Source of the DNA: Pecten maximus
Lineage: Eukaryota
Direction: 5' to 3'
Length of the DNA: 64,000 nt
Assembly (NCBI RefSeq): GCF_902652985.1
Contig: NC_047032.1
Location: 23,064,001-23,128,000 of the forward strand
The position numbers and the translations under genes were made by a program. Positions within the stretch are counted from its first letter, which is position 1; the number at the start of each line of letters is the position of its first letter. Under the pieces are notes generated by a model. It made no database searches. It saw only the letters and a program-made list of their open reading frames with translations, and was not told where the DNA came from. This document shows positions 39,801 to 53,531 of this stretch, one piece after another.

Positions 39801-42800
39801 ACTGATTAGGGAAACATCGATGTACTATAAATGTTGATTACATTTTTCAAATGTGATCAGAATAAATCAAATCTAGGTAAAATTAATAAATTGTCAAAAT
39901 GTGACATTTGGTGATTTCGAACCTAAGGCTGTCAAGCGGCAGTTCGACCATATAATATGAACTAAGTAGAGTTCACGGAAAAATAATGTTTATGCCACAA
40001 TATGTAGTCAGTCGTGTTAATGTTAAATCAAAATATTTTATCAACTACGTTCTTTTTAAATGTTTCAATACCAGTTAATCGGAGGACGACTTTTTATGAA
40101 TGGGATTTGGTTGTCTTTTGATACATAGAATAAAACATCTATTGTCCTCTGATGCGCTCTTTGTTAAAAAATATAACAATTTTGAAACCCTCCTTGAAAG
40201 TTGTAAAAGACCGATTATGCAACTTTTATATATCTATTGAAATTAACAGATACATTTCATTTTGCAAATAAGATTAAGATTAGATTTAAGGTTGGAATGC
40301 AAAGACTCAGTTTTTGACATTTTTTTTAAATTAAAAAAACCAAGTCACCTTTTGGACGAAACATGCTAATATGATAACACTTGACTGAACTGTCCTTTTA
40401 AAATCAGTTTACTAGATTGCTATGAATGCTGTAATTTTCTTCAAGATTTTTTTTTTCAAGTTGGCTACATCTTTTTCTCGGTCATTGTACAATTTCCTAA
40501 AACATTATTTGTTTAGAGAGAACAAGATATTTAAGTGTAATATACTTTTACGTCGGCTGTACATGATCGAACTATTTGTTGTACGCGTTTCGCAGACATA
40601 TCTTTTGCAATTAAGGCATCATTTTGACTAACGCAAAGTTTCGCAGATGTAGAAGAGGTCATATCCTGTACAGAAACAGTCCCACATTAGGAAGTTATCG
40701 TCCTCTTTGGTACACCCGCACTCCTGAGTCCCTCCATCTGGCTCTCCGTCACCCCATGACCTCACAGATATATCGACTCTCTCGTCATTACTAAGAAAAA
40801 CCCATGCGCCTTCATCATTCCTCTTACGTCCTGTATATACGTAGTCAGTGGTTGCTGAAAGTAATAAATCAAGCACGTTTGTCCTTTATAGATAATAAGC
40901 ATGTGTTAATATCATGCTGTAAAATGAGGTGTTGTTACTTAAATCGAAACTAAATTGATGCTGAATATTGGTGTATGGAAATCTGATACGGGCGATGTCA
41001 ACCTAAGGATTTGTTTTAGATGTTTAATTACATACTGTATAATGGAATGTGTTTATTTTATTTTACTTCTTGATAACAATATGTAGGAAGAAAGACATCT
41101 GTTTAACAGCGGCATTATAATTCATTCGATTTAAAAAAAATCTCCATTGTATTTGCTCTTTTCCTATATGAATCCTGTTGGTTTGCTTTTATGAAACAAT
41201 CGAGTTTGTTACGAGTACATGTAATATAACTGACTGTCTGTTATTAAATTATAAGCGCTTTATCATAATTTACATACAAACACGTGCCGGCAAATTTCGC
41301 ATCATGAACCAGGCTTCCCCATTCGTGCGGAACTCTACCAGATCGGCTCCCATGGCAGTACAACGGTCCTGCGATAAGTAAATATCCTCAATTGGACTTC
41401 AAATATATTTAAGCCTGTAAAGGCATTTTCAAAACAGCTGATGTAGCTTATGCTCATTGGAGAGGATTACGGAAGGTTGGTGATTAAAAAAAACAGTATT
41501 GCCATACCCACAGGCCCGAAAGAATGCCCCTCTGTTAATCGGACAAAATATCCTCTTTTCATTTCATTCTTATAAACGTTGATGCTGTATTGTCTTTAAA
41601 AACAGGATATGCATTGACCACTTTGATTGTATGGTATACCCTCTTTTAATACATGTAGCCAAGACCACAACACCGGCAATTTATCTCGATTTTTATGGCT
41701 AAAACCTTTGAATTGAAAGACTACCGGTAAATATATTGACCTCGCCCAAACTTTCCGATATTGACCACACGAGATGCCTATGATCGCAAATATGCAATCC
41801 TATACAAAGGATATTCATGTATTGTATTTTTCATACTTAAATGCTCAATTATTTGTATCGGAACTTTTGTCTCGATGGCCAAGAGGTGAAGCACCTAAAC
41901 ATTCATTAAACTCCCCGGGGTTCAATTTCCATCGACTTCGTTATCATAATTTTTTTATAGTAGCTAGACGTTCCAATCGACTTACTTTAAAAAAAATATT
42001 TTGTATATGTATTTATATAATATCATCTGCTCGTTGGGAGCATTACCACAGCCTACCACTCAGCTCTAACGTCAAGTGGTGTCGTCTTTTTCGTTTTTGT
42101 AAATTTCTCCTTTCTACTTAGACATATTCCTGCCTCCACGTTTTAACCGGTTATTTAATGTCTAATGCCTGGTTAGGAATATCACAATTTCCGTATGTAA
42201 GATAGACAACTGACAGAACTCACTTACTACCCTTGGTCCTTATTGAAGCACAATGCTGAAGAAAGGTTTCTAATATCTGGAACAATGTTCGCCCTAGAAC
42301 GTTAACCAACAAAGAAGCCATAATCAAATTGATTTTAAAATACGAAAACACGTTTAAATATTCAGAATTATGTTGTTTTAGATAAAAAAAAAAAAACATC
42401 CTTCAATAGGGAAAATCAATAAAACTCACAATGGCTGTAGCCCACTCCGTTTTCTCCTGAGAGGTAGAAACATAGTAACACTTTCCCCCTGGTGACATGA
42501 TCCAGCCATCGTCACAGACAAGTTCTGGTGTGTTTGTGGTTGTACTGGCTAGAAAGAGAATGATATTCGATTGCTTTAATGCAAACAAAATAAATTAAGC
42601 TACATCAATTAGGGAGATACAAATTAAGAAGCTTATTTGTAAGATTTATGTTTAAAAAAATATCATAAAGTCCTGTTGTTTCTTCATTCAATCTGGTTGT
42701 TATTCGCTTTTTTATTATTATTAATATTCCGTCATCGCAATGCGGTAATTTAAGGACATTTCACGGAACTGTCTTGTTTCAATGGGAATAAACCCTGCTG

Positions 42801-44863
42801 GCACTTTATACTGACTCGGGAATGGGAAGAAAAGTATTGCTTAATACGAGAGGGAAATCTAACAATTAGTCATGAGAGCAGGTACCATTCATGCACCTTA
42901 TCTGAACGTTCATCTTCGAGACCTTAAATGCAAATGATCGTTCACGTATTGTTGAACCTGTTTTGGTGAAAATGGGTTTTGGTATCAGAAAGTACTTCCA
43001 AACACTACCTGAATTGCAGAGCGAAAAAATATATATAGGGATGTTAAAGATAAATTATAGCGAATGTGACCTGCTCTTTGTATGTGATGATATATCTACA
43101 ACAATCGATACAATCCCTTTTATACAGACCACTGTCACTCGGTCCGTTTTATGAACATTTGAACACATACAAAATATTGTTAACAATTCAGGATAGACAA
43201 GATAAAACAGTTCTTGACGAAAAAACAAACAAACAAAACAGAAAGACATCGACATAACAACAACATCGCATGTGGGTCAATGTTGCGCCACATTCTTTTG
43301 CTCATACCTGTATCCATGTAAACTATACATTGTGGAATATAGTTTTAATTTTTACATTTCAATGACGTCACATTGTTTTCAGGTGTCACGTTGTGTTTGC
43401 ACTGCCTGACACGAAGGCCTCATTTAGTATTTTTGTAGGTTTTTATTTTTGAATTGGTGAGATAGAGTAAAGCAATATCAAGCAAAGTATCAAACATGTA
43501 TGAATGTAATTTTACAAAAAACGACAGGTTACACATAAGACTACTTTCTCTAAGATATGCTGTCATGGTTATTATGGAGACTGTGTTTTTACCACGATAT
43601 AGATTTTACCAACTTGTAAAACTTGTATAACTGAAAACTGTAAATAATTTGCATTTGTGTTGATATGTTTCTATGCCGCCTTTCAATACTAAAAACACTG
43701 TAGAGTTCCAGTATCGGAACATAAACATTTACATTGGTAGCTATTTTTTTCCAAAAGTGCAACGTTGTATCAAACGAAAACAAAATATCAAAAAATGATT
43801 AAAAAAACACCTAATTTTCCGAGAAATAAAGACAAGAAAATATTGGTGTTTTGTTTAAGGTGACTAACAACAGCAATAACAAATAACAACAACACATAGA
43901 ATAACATAAAATAAACTCCGAATGACCAAGGAACACGATTTATATGTTAGATCGTACTGATACCTCACATCTGCAAAATATTAAAAACAACATATGTTTG
44001 GGATGTGGACGTTCATGTCTCTGGTATTTTGACGTGTTCTATATTTTATGGACAGTAAAAGTTTAACATGGGAATAAGGCAGATTACAAGAGCACCGATG
44101 TTTCTATGTATTAGATAAGAGGATGAAGAGATGGTTGTTGCGAACTTTAATGCGACGGTTCATTTGAACCCTTCATAATGACTGCATTTGTTCAAAAATT
44201 GCTAATAATTGCATAGGTTTAAATATATACATTTATTTCATTTTCGTGCTAAATATGGTCTCATCAAAGCATTATATTGATATATTTTTTTTTCACAATT
44301 CATTTGTCATTTTCTTGATAAAGTTGACAAAATGTAGTTATGAATATTCACACATTAAAATCTTATGCTGCTTTTGAAACACAAAAGTGCATTCTCCTTA
44401 ACATGAAGTCAAAATTCATCTGATTACATAGGTACCTCATATTCAACCTACTCAAAATCTGTGTAAGGGCATTGTCTTGTAACTTACCGTGGCTGTCTGC
44501 TCCTCTCAACAGCTCCCGTAACTCTGTCTGCTCTTTTGTTAAAATTCGAATTTCATTTTCAAACCCAGACAAGATTTTCGAGAAGACTCCAAGTTCGTTG
44601 GACATCGATCGTTTGAATTCAATAATTTCAGTTTCGTTACAATGACACTGATAGTCGGAATCTATCATTCTTTCAACAGCATCGACCCTCCTTTGTAGCT
44701 GACATACTTTATCGTTTAAATTGAAATAAGTTCCGTTTAAAAGATCAACAACTTCACTTGTTAAACTTTTCTCCTCGTATTTCTCCAATAAGCCATTGTC
44801 TGAATATACTTTATCGCACTTTGAAATTAAAAGCAAAACAGCGAAAAGTACACACGTCTTCAT
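36802..44863 (-). CDS. Secreted C-type lectin 'gene C': signal peptide, coiled coil and two CTLD modules (418 aa if both are spliced in tandem)
   Basis: Exon 1 44863-44488; module C1 42548-42430, 41368-41278, 40854-40633 (stop at 40628 if unspliced); module C2 39006-38870, 38483-38399, 37028-36802. All introns GT-AG with compatible phases (1,0,1,1,0,1). CTLD motifs CDDGW..KCYY, W..A..RC..GA.LVE, W..GEPD, YICE. Confidence 0.85.
37620..37860. repeat. 22-bp intronic minisatellite (~11 copies)
   Basis: aggaatatgtaaaataggttct repeated. Confidence 0.9.
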
Positions 44864-46216
44864 CTTTCTATCGGCCTTGTGGAAATGTACATATGGAATA
44901 AAGTAAGTAAGATTACATCAGATGGTTTTAATAAAAATTCTGGTCATGTGATATCTCAGAAACGAAATGAAACATCAAAATGAAATAATTTACTATACAA
45001 AAACAAGACAGCTTTACTTCTTTATAATGGTGAAAACTATACATTTCAAGTGTTTATTTCGACCATTAGAGATAATTTTACATGTAGTTGTTAGGTTTCA
45101 CGGGGTTAATATTACGCGGGTGGGCCAGTCTGACCTTGTTCACGGGTATTACGTTTCGTGCAATCATGCCTAATCAACATTATACAGTAAACACTGCTTT
45201 ACATTTGTTTGCATATATAAATATTTTAATGGGTATTGATTTTTGCACTTTTTTCAATAACCGCGAATATAGTGGAATTACAGTATCATAAACGTCGTAC
45301 AGTGTGTGCGTTGTTGGCGGTTCAGCATATTCAATCAATCTCATTTCTACAATCTTCCTCCATCTCGATCTGTCCCCGTTTGTAAACATTTCACATTTCA
45401 AACTTCTCATGTTCAATCAATGAGATTGGATCAACTCAAACGTGCTTACCATGACCCTGAGATGGTTTTGACCAAGTTTTGTTACACCTATCTACGTGCT
45501 GATGTATGTGGGAAAGGGCATGTGAAGCTTTGTTTTATGTCAGATATGATTTTTGCCTCTGTGAGTGAAAAATTGCTCTGATATTACCGCTATATAAAAT
45601 TCCACGTCTCGCATATGAATGTTAAGAATTAGGTACAAGTTAAAGTGGGAATTGTTTTCCCGATTTATCTATAACAGATAAAAAGAAAAATTTTCTCTAT
45701 TACATGTTTCAACCTAATTCGATTATCAAAATACTTTTTTTTATTTTAAAATGACATTTGAGTAGTTTTTACAAATTACATCAAGTTGCATGGTCACGTA
45801 CAAAACATTGCAAAACTGTTGGTTGATTATTTATTTGTACAGGATATTGGGCCACTCTGTTTCAGACGTCACAAACATTCGATATCACTATCATCACATT
45901 TATATTATATATTTATTATTGAAGCTTACTGAAATCAGCCGATGTTAGACAAATGACGAAGGCGAAATTACGATAGGTTTTTGTAGGCACGTGATCATTA
46001 ACAATTGCAATGTTCCGATTAAACTGGCGAAAGAAAAGCTTTCATCCTAATCTAGGTCTACTGATATGTCTGGTCCCATCGCTATGAATTTATTTTTATT
46101 TACCTAAATAATGGCTTAATGAATACAAATCGAACTCTTTATATAAAAAAATATCTGATCAGTTATACATTTGAAATTGACCTGGATAAAGCCTTTTTTA
46201 AATGATCGGCATAATG

Positions 46217-46218
<2 letters not shown>

Positions 46219-46268
<50 letters not shown>
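46219..46268. repeat. (CT)n microsatellite
   Basis: About 24 CT units at the left edge of the duplicated block. Confidence 0.95.
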
Positions 46269-46271
<3 letters not shown>

Positions 46272-47307
46272 ATATATGTAATCGATATCACACGAGACGT
46301 TGTACTGAGAAACAGAAAATCAACTATTTAAATTTCATGCTTCTGCCTCTGTTTTTTCATCATTGGAAGATTTGCCTGGGTTGGCAGATTGCATGATTTT
46401 AAGTTACTAAGTTTTATGCACTGAAAATATCATACAAAATATCATACAAGGTACTATGTCAGAATGCTGGAGAGGTAGACTGCCAGAAATGCTACCGGAA
46501 GAGATATCTTATAACTACCAATTTACTTGATGTTAAAATCTTCGTCTGAATCCTACAGCATAACACGGATGTGTTTGGATCACGTGATTTAATGATGACC
46601 TCACGATTCTCACTCGCAATGCAAATCGATATAGACATAGAAAATATCTACCTCCTGGAATATAATGGATATACATGTACATATAGCACAATATGATTGG
46701 GACTGTGACATCATGTCCTAAGGAATTATACCAACAAGCATGTCAAATTTTACAACTTCCGTTCGGTTCGTATAAAAGACAATGGCAAAGATGAAGACGC
46801 CAAGGTCTTTGATGGATCTAAAGAGAATAAATGCTGCAGTTTCAGACATAGGTTATGAATAATTCGTTATTTGCGCATAGAAAAAGGATTAGGTTGTAAT
46901 ATTTATGTTTGGATGTTCCACACTAATCACATTGATAACTGGATTTTCTCAATATTACACATATTCCCAAATAGTTCGCATACAATTCTAGAAATGTTGA
47001 AAATGAGCAGCATTGAAATGGCAATTTTGCAGTCCACTAATTGTAATCGTGATAGCCTGTACGCAGATTTTGCTATTTAAACAATCTATAGGAGAAACAG
47101 AATCAGTCTTTATGCTTTCTACTTTCGGTTTCTATTTGACATATAACAGAACATCGAAATTCTCGTTCAAATGTTTATTCCTTTTAACAGTGGTTTATTA
47201 ACCATACATTTTATAGTATTTTTATGGCGTCATTGTTTTTTTTCCAGAATATGACTAACGCCCTATCTCACAGATATAGTACAGACTATACCCGGTACAG
47301 AATATGA

Positions 47308-50300
47308 CTAACGCCCTATCTCACAGATATAGTACAGACTATACCCGGTACAGAAGCAGTCGTGCATCAGAAAGTCATCCGTTTTTTGAGTACATCCACA
47401 TTCCTGGCTACTTCCACCATTCGGTTCCCCTCTAGCCCACGATCTCACCCAGGTATCAACTTTCTCGTCGTTGCTGACAAAAACCCAAATGTTTGCGTCG
47501 TTCCTCTGTCGACCGGTATACACAAGATCTCCTAAAGATTTTGAACATTAGCAAATTATCATCATTGTCAAATCTGAGTCATGTGCATAGAAAACAATTT
47601 GAGCGGGATTCTCGCAAAGATGAACCAAACGATTTAAAAAAAAAGATTTATTGATTTGATTTAAACATATTTTATTTGTTCAATCTAATAAATAGGACTA
47701 GGCACAAATTATCGCAACTGTTGAAACACCTTCTCTCAAGAAATTTATTCTGATGCCCAATCGATAAAAGGGGAATACCAACAAGCAAAAGAAATCAGAA
47801 TTTTTAACTCATGACGAAGCTACGACTCTAAATCACACAGGGAAACAGAGTGTTCCAAATCATGATACCGACCCCAAAACGTTTGGTCTACATCAACCTG
47901 TTTCTATCAAGCCCCTGTATTGTAAGTAAAGAGGTCCAACAGTCGTGTCCTAGCGCTCTATTGATACATTCACACAAGCTTCTGAAATAATTGATAACAT
48001 TTAATGCAGCTTTATACATCAAAAGACAACATAGTTGGCCGAGTCGATTGAAATGAAGAATTATTGTTTTAAAGTAGGTCACAAGTCACGGTTTAGGTCA
48101 GCAGTCCTGCATTTGTATTGCCAGTGGAAACCCCTTTTCGCAAGGAACACAAATGTAAAATCCTATCTCATACAGTTAGCATACTTTAGCGAAGGTTAAA
48201 GTTTGTTTAAACTATGCAAAATGGCAAAAGGACTTTGTTCCGGCGAGGTAACGGTAAGATATTTCTATCAACACAACAAAAGCATGAATTACTCGCCTAC
48301 ACGGCTCGGCAGATTTTCCATTATGAATTGGGATTCTTCATCCGTTTTGATCTCAACCAGAATTGCTCCCTTCGACTTGCACCGGCTCTGAAACAAGGAT
48401 GAGCAAATATGTTTGAAATTGAAATAAAACCTGTACAATCATTTTTATTTTTTTTTATTAAGTTCTCTTATGATAATTGGATATTATTTTATAATTAATA
48501 TTATTACATTTTCCAGTAATAGTGTTTATTAAATCTTAGCTGCTAAATAATTAGAACGATGCTTCCTATTTACAGTTCTCGGAGAGAAATAATGCCACTG
48601 CATAACATATATATTGCCAGCCTACTTGTTTTGTTATTTTTAGTATTTCGGATAATATAACCCGTTATGTATTCAGGCGCAGTACCGGATTTATGAAAAA
48701 ATAAATCAATAATATAAAAGTACCAGGTAAATATCAGTCGGGACTATTTGCAGTAGTACTAGTGTGTTTGATTGCGTTAGAGCTAGGAAATCCGTTGATA
48801 ATTTAGAAACAGTGATATTTTACATGCGATAATACTGGTAATACTAAGCCTTTCACAATCATAAATTTTCTACTTACGGAAATGATAATAACATTTGTCT
48901 TTCCATCAACGACAAATACATTAATAATTAACAAGAGTTCACTATGTAAAACGAGTTTCTTATGACTATTAATTGAAATTAACTTTAAATCCAATTAATA
49001 CGACTCACAATAGCTGTAGCCCATTCCGTTTTCTCCGAAAAACTGGACACATAGTAGCACTTGTCCGGGGATGTGATCCAGCCATCGTCACAGTTTCTTG
49101 GTTCAGTGGTAGGTTCGGGGGTGGTCATAGTAATAGTACTGGCTTTAATTAGAAAAGTCATGTTTCATAGTACACGACAATCCATTAAATCATAACTACT
49201 TACAGATGCTAAAAACCATTAAGTAATGCATTATCTTATTTCATTGAGTATTAATACATATGTTAAACGAGCATTTCAGTGTTTACAGAGGTTCTGAAGT
49301 ATACATTGAAGCATGCGGCACAACGCTTTTGAATCTTTATTTGAAAGAAAATGAATCTTCTAAAACCAAAGTGTCATCGTTGACATTTATGTATCATCTA
49401 TATCATTACTTAACCTTTATCTGTTACTAATTCATTTATTTTCAGAGGTCTAGGTATTTAACTTTTTTGACAGAAATAGAGAAAATGATCATTTCTTTCA
49501 TAAAAAGTCACACGTAGATTTATATTATTAACATTTTAACGATAACAGATCACTAACGCAAATTCTCGCAGATATAGAAGAGATAAAATCCAGTACACAG
49601 GCAATCCAACATTAGGAAGTCGTTTGACTTTCGGGTACAACCGCACGTCTGCTTTCCCCCATCTGGCTCTCCGGTACTCCATGACCTCTCGGACGTATCG
49701 ACTCTCTCGTCGCTACTGAGAAAAACCCATCGGCCAGCGTCATCGCTCTTACGTCCAGTATAGACTATGTGACTTGTCGCTGAAAATAACAAATCACATA
49801 CGTGAGTATCGTGAGAACAAAAGTAAAATATGTGTGGTTTCACAGCGATGAAACTAAATGCTGTTCTTTGAATTGGAAGTACAATGTACGATCATTGAAC
49901 ATTGATGCAGAATGAATTATATTCGAGTAGAACATGATAATTATTATCAACATGTATTTCTTAATCTTTTTCAGAATGACATTATTTGCGAACTGCTAAA
50001 TTTCCGAAGCACCGCAAAAGGTTTCACAAAGTTAAACCCGCGTTTAAATGTAGTGTTGAGTTGTTATTAAATTACTGCTACTGCTCAATTCTTGAATTAA
50101 TGGCATAATGGATATCCTGGGCATAAAGACACTCTGATAAATTTCATGATTACTTATGCACACACCTTTTTTTATTTCAAAAATGGTAAAGTGAGACATT
50201 CCACCTTCTACTACATGACAGTTTATCATTTCGAGAAATTTTAGTTGTAAGTGCCTTGAATGACGACTTTTTTCACTTACATGCTCGTTTCTATTTTTGA

Positions 50301-52130
50301 TAACAAAGTATGGTTTACATACAAACACGTTCTGGTAGATTGCCCATCACAAATTGTGCTTCCTCATCTGTTTTAAACTCCACTAGCTTTGCCCCCATGT
50401 CTCTACATCGATTCTGCGGAAAGGAACAAAGTGTTTTCAGCTACGCGTACCTGGTAGTTCCTTTGCCACTACTCTGGTTGTCATTAATATATTTGATAGA
50501 TAATTCCGATAGATTTATCATTGATATCGAGAGATGATCAATACCAAGCAACTTACAATGGCTGTAGCCCATTCCGTTTTCTCTGAAGTAGTGGAGACAT
50601 AGTAGCATTTTTTCCCAGGTGACAGAAGCCAGCCATCTTCACAGACCAGTTCTGAGGTGGGGGTAAACATTGTAACAATAAAGATGTTAAGGTTTAAAGC
50701 ATGTAAATAAATTAAAACCAAAAAAAGAACAATAAATGGAATATGTACTTAGCGGAACGAAAGAGAAGAAAACATTATGTTTGGTTTCCAACAAATCTGG
50801 ACATGTAAAATGAATACTAATATATAGTACTGGTACAGCTACAAACATTCCATTGTTTAAAAATGTAGAATATCTGCAGGTTAACAAATGTTGTCGCCGT
50901 ATGGATGGACGTACGGACGACTTCGACTATTGGGATGTAGCATTATTTTCCTTGGGACTTGTCGGGTGCAAATCACAGTTTTGATTTTAAAAGAATATCT
51001 CGCTAAAAACGCACATGCGCAGTAAGGTTTAACGATGAATTACGAGTAAAACAAAATTTGCAGCTATTTTCTCCTTTAGGCGACGAAGATATTTTGTCGG
51101 AATTAATCAATTACTCATCCCACAACTACATGTACCTCTGATAGAATACTGGTGGACAACGCCATACCATCATACTTCTTTTATTTTATTTATATCTTTT
51201 GATTTATGCAAAACATGTGTATATATTACAAATATATGTCCTCTCACAAGAGGGCTTGCACACGTCTTTCATATTTTTAACCACATAATTGTTTGGACCA
51301 GTAAATATATAAATGAAATAATAATAGATAAATAATTCAACAACTATTTCAATAAAAAAGTGATACAAATAAATAATAGTGATAATCAAATGAAGAAAAT
51401 ATATGCGTTAATATGTTGGCGGAATTAATGGTTAATCCCAATTCCAAAAAAGTGCTTTGTCTAAATAAGTTTTTCCCTGTTGATATCATGTGTCTGCGTC
51501 AAGCTAGCTGGGTGTCTCAGATTTTGGGAATGCTGTGAACCTAATATGGTATATGTAAGTATTGCTATTTCTTTATATATATACAATTATTTGCAATAAT
51601 ATGATTTATACATGTGTTTTTAGAATATGTGAATTAAGCATTTCCTAGGTATGTGCAACATGTTTCCAACATTATCATGCTCCCTGACACCAGATACCAT
51701 GATACTTAGTCAATATTCATTACATCGTTTATATGCAATATTATCTTACCGTAGCTATCCCCTCCGTCTAGTATCAAACGTAAACCTTCCTGGTCATTTT
51801 CCAAAATGCGAAGATCATTTTCAAAGCCAGACAGGATTTTTGAGATGTCTTTAAGTTCATTGGATATTGATCGTTTGAACTCTAGAATCGCTTCTTTGTT
51901 ACATTCACACTGATTGGCGACATCTGTCATTCCTTCAATAACATCGACTCTCTTTTGTAACTGACATACTGTCTCGTTTAGATTGAAATAAGTTCCGTTC
52001 AAAAGACCAACACCTTCACTTGTTAAACCTTCCCCGTCGTATTTCTTCAATAAAATCCTTGTTGTCTGAAAATACTTCTGCATACTTGTGATAGAAAAAC
52101 CAAAAACGCGAAGTATACACACGTCTTCAT
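47308..52130 (-). pseudogene. C-type lectin 'gene B': frameshifted leader exon plus two open CTLD modules
   Basis: Exon 1 52130-51750 is 381 nt versus 379 in gene A (two 1-nt insertions, early TGA). Module B1 50651-50557, 50413-50323, 49779-49558/49553 (EPD). Module B2 49142-49009, 48387-48297 (GC donor), 47531-47308 (EPN). Confidence 0.7.
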
Positions 52131-53531
52131 CTTTCTTAAGCCCTCGTTGATATGTGCGCGTGAAAGGAAGTAGAATTTAATTTCCATACGGCTACAATCT
52201 AAATTCCCTGGTCATGTAATATCTCAAAAACCGAAAACTTTGATATTATATTTCTTCGAGATAAATAGCTATACAAAAACTTGGCAGTTTTACTGCTTCA
52301 TGGTATAGATATACTGTACGTCATGTGGTAATTTTGACATGGAGACAGTTTTACATCTAATATTTATACAGCGCTCGGAAAAAAACATTCAAATATAATA
52401 ATATTTCAAAACCTTTATTTCTCTGTTTGTTATTATCCAAGTTGAACTTAACAGTGCGGAAATTATCTTATGGCCAGATATTAATAAAACAAATTAATAA
52501 ACAAATAAAAAATATGAAAATTTAAAAAAATTTAAAATGCCAACAAAAAAATCCCGAAATTCCAGGCTGGGACCTGCTATTCAAAACTGGAAAATGAAAT
52601 ATAACAAGAACAGAATATATATCTTACTTCAATATTCACATATGTTTATATATTGTATAGCTTAAAACATATATGTCGATATCTTTTATAGATTCAAACA
52701 TATGTATATATCTGTTAGTTTAAACATACAGTATGTATATAACTGTAAAGATCTTATGAAATAGTTTCTTGCAAACTGCGTTTTTCTGGTGGCACAAGGG
52801 TTTTTAAAGCCCTCAATGTAAATACTGGTTTTTTTCTTATTTTGTGTGGACCTCCTTCATGATTAAAGGGACAAATTCATTACTTAATTGATTATCAAAC
52901 AAATCAACAGTTGGTGCACAAGATGGTTCATGACCCCCAACCCTTCCAGGGTCTAAAAGAGCCCAATGCCAATCACACAACATATAGGTAATCGATATCA
53001 CACGAGACGTTGTACTGAGAAACTGACAGCCTCAAAAATCAACTATTTAAGTTCAATGCTTCTGCCTCTGTGTTTCATCATTTGAAGTTTTGCCTGGGTT
53101 GGCAGATTACACCATTTGAAATTAGTTAGTTAGTTGTATGCACTGAAAACTTCATACAAGGTACTATGTCAGAATGCTGGAGAGGTAGACTGCCAGAAAT
53201 GCTACCGGAAGAGATATCTTATAACTACCAATTTTCTTGATGTTAAAATCTTGGTCTGAATCCTACAGCATAACACGGATGTGTTTGGATCACGTGATTT
53301 AATGATGACCTCACGATTCTCACTCGCAATGCAAATCGATATAGACATAGAAAATATCTACCTCCTGGAATATAATGGATATACATGTATATAGCACAAT
53401 ATGATTGGGAACTGTGACATCATGTCCTACAGAATTAAACTAGCAAGCATGTTACAATTTACAAATTCCGTTTGGTTGGTATAACAGACAATGGTAAAGA
53501 TGATGACACCGAGGTCTTTGATGGATTTTAA

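Noticed and set aside
43363-43370. TGACGTCA palindrome in lectin C intron 1
   Set aside because: Isolated 8-mer without promoter context; expected by chance at this scale.
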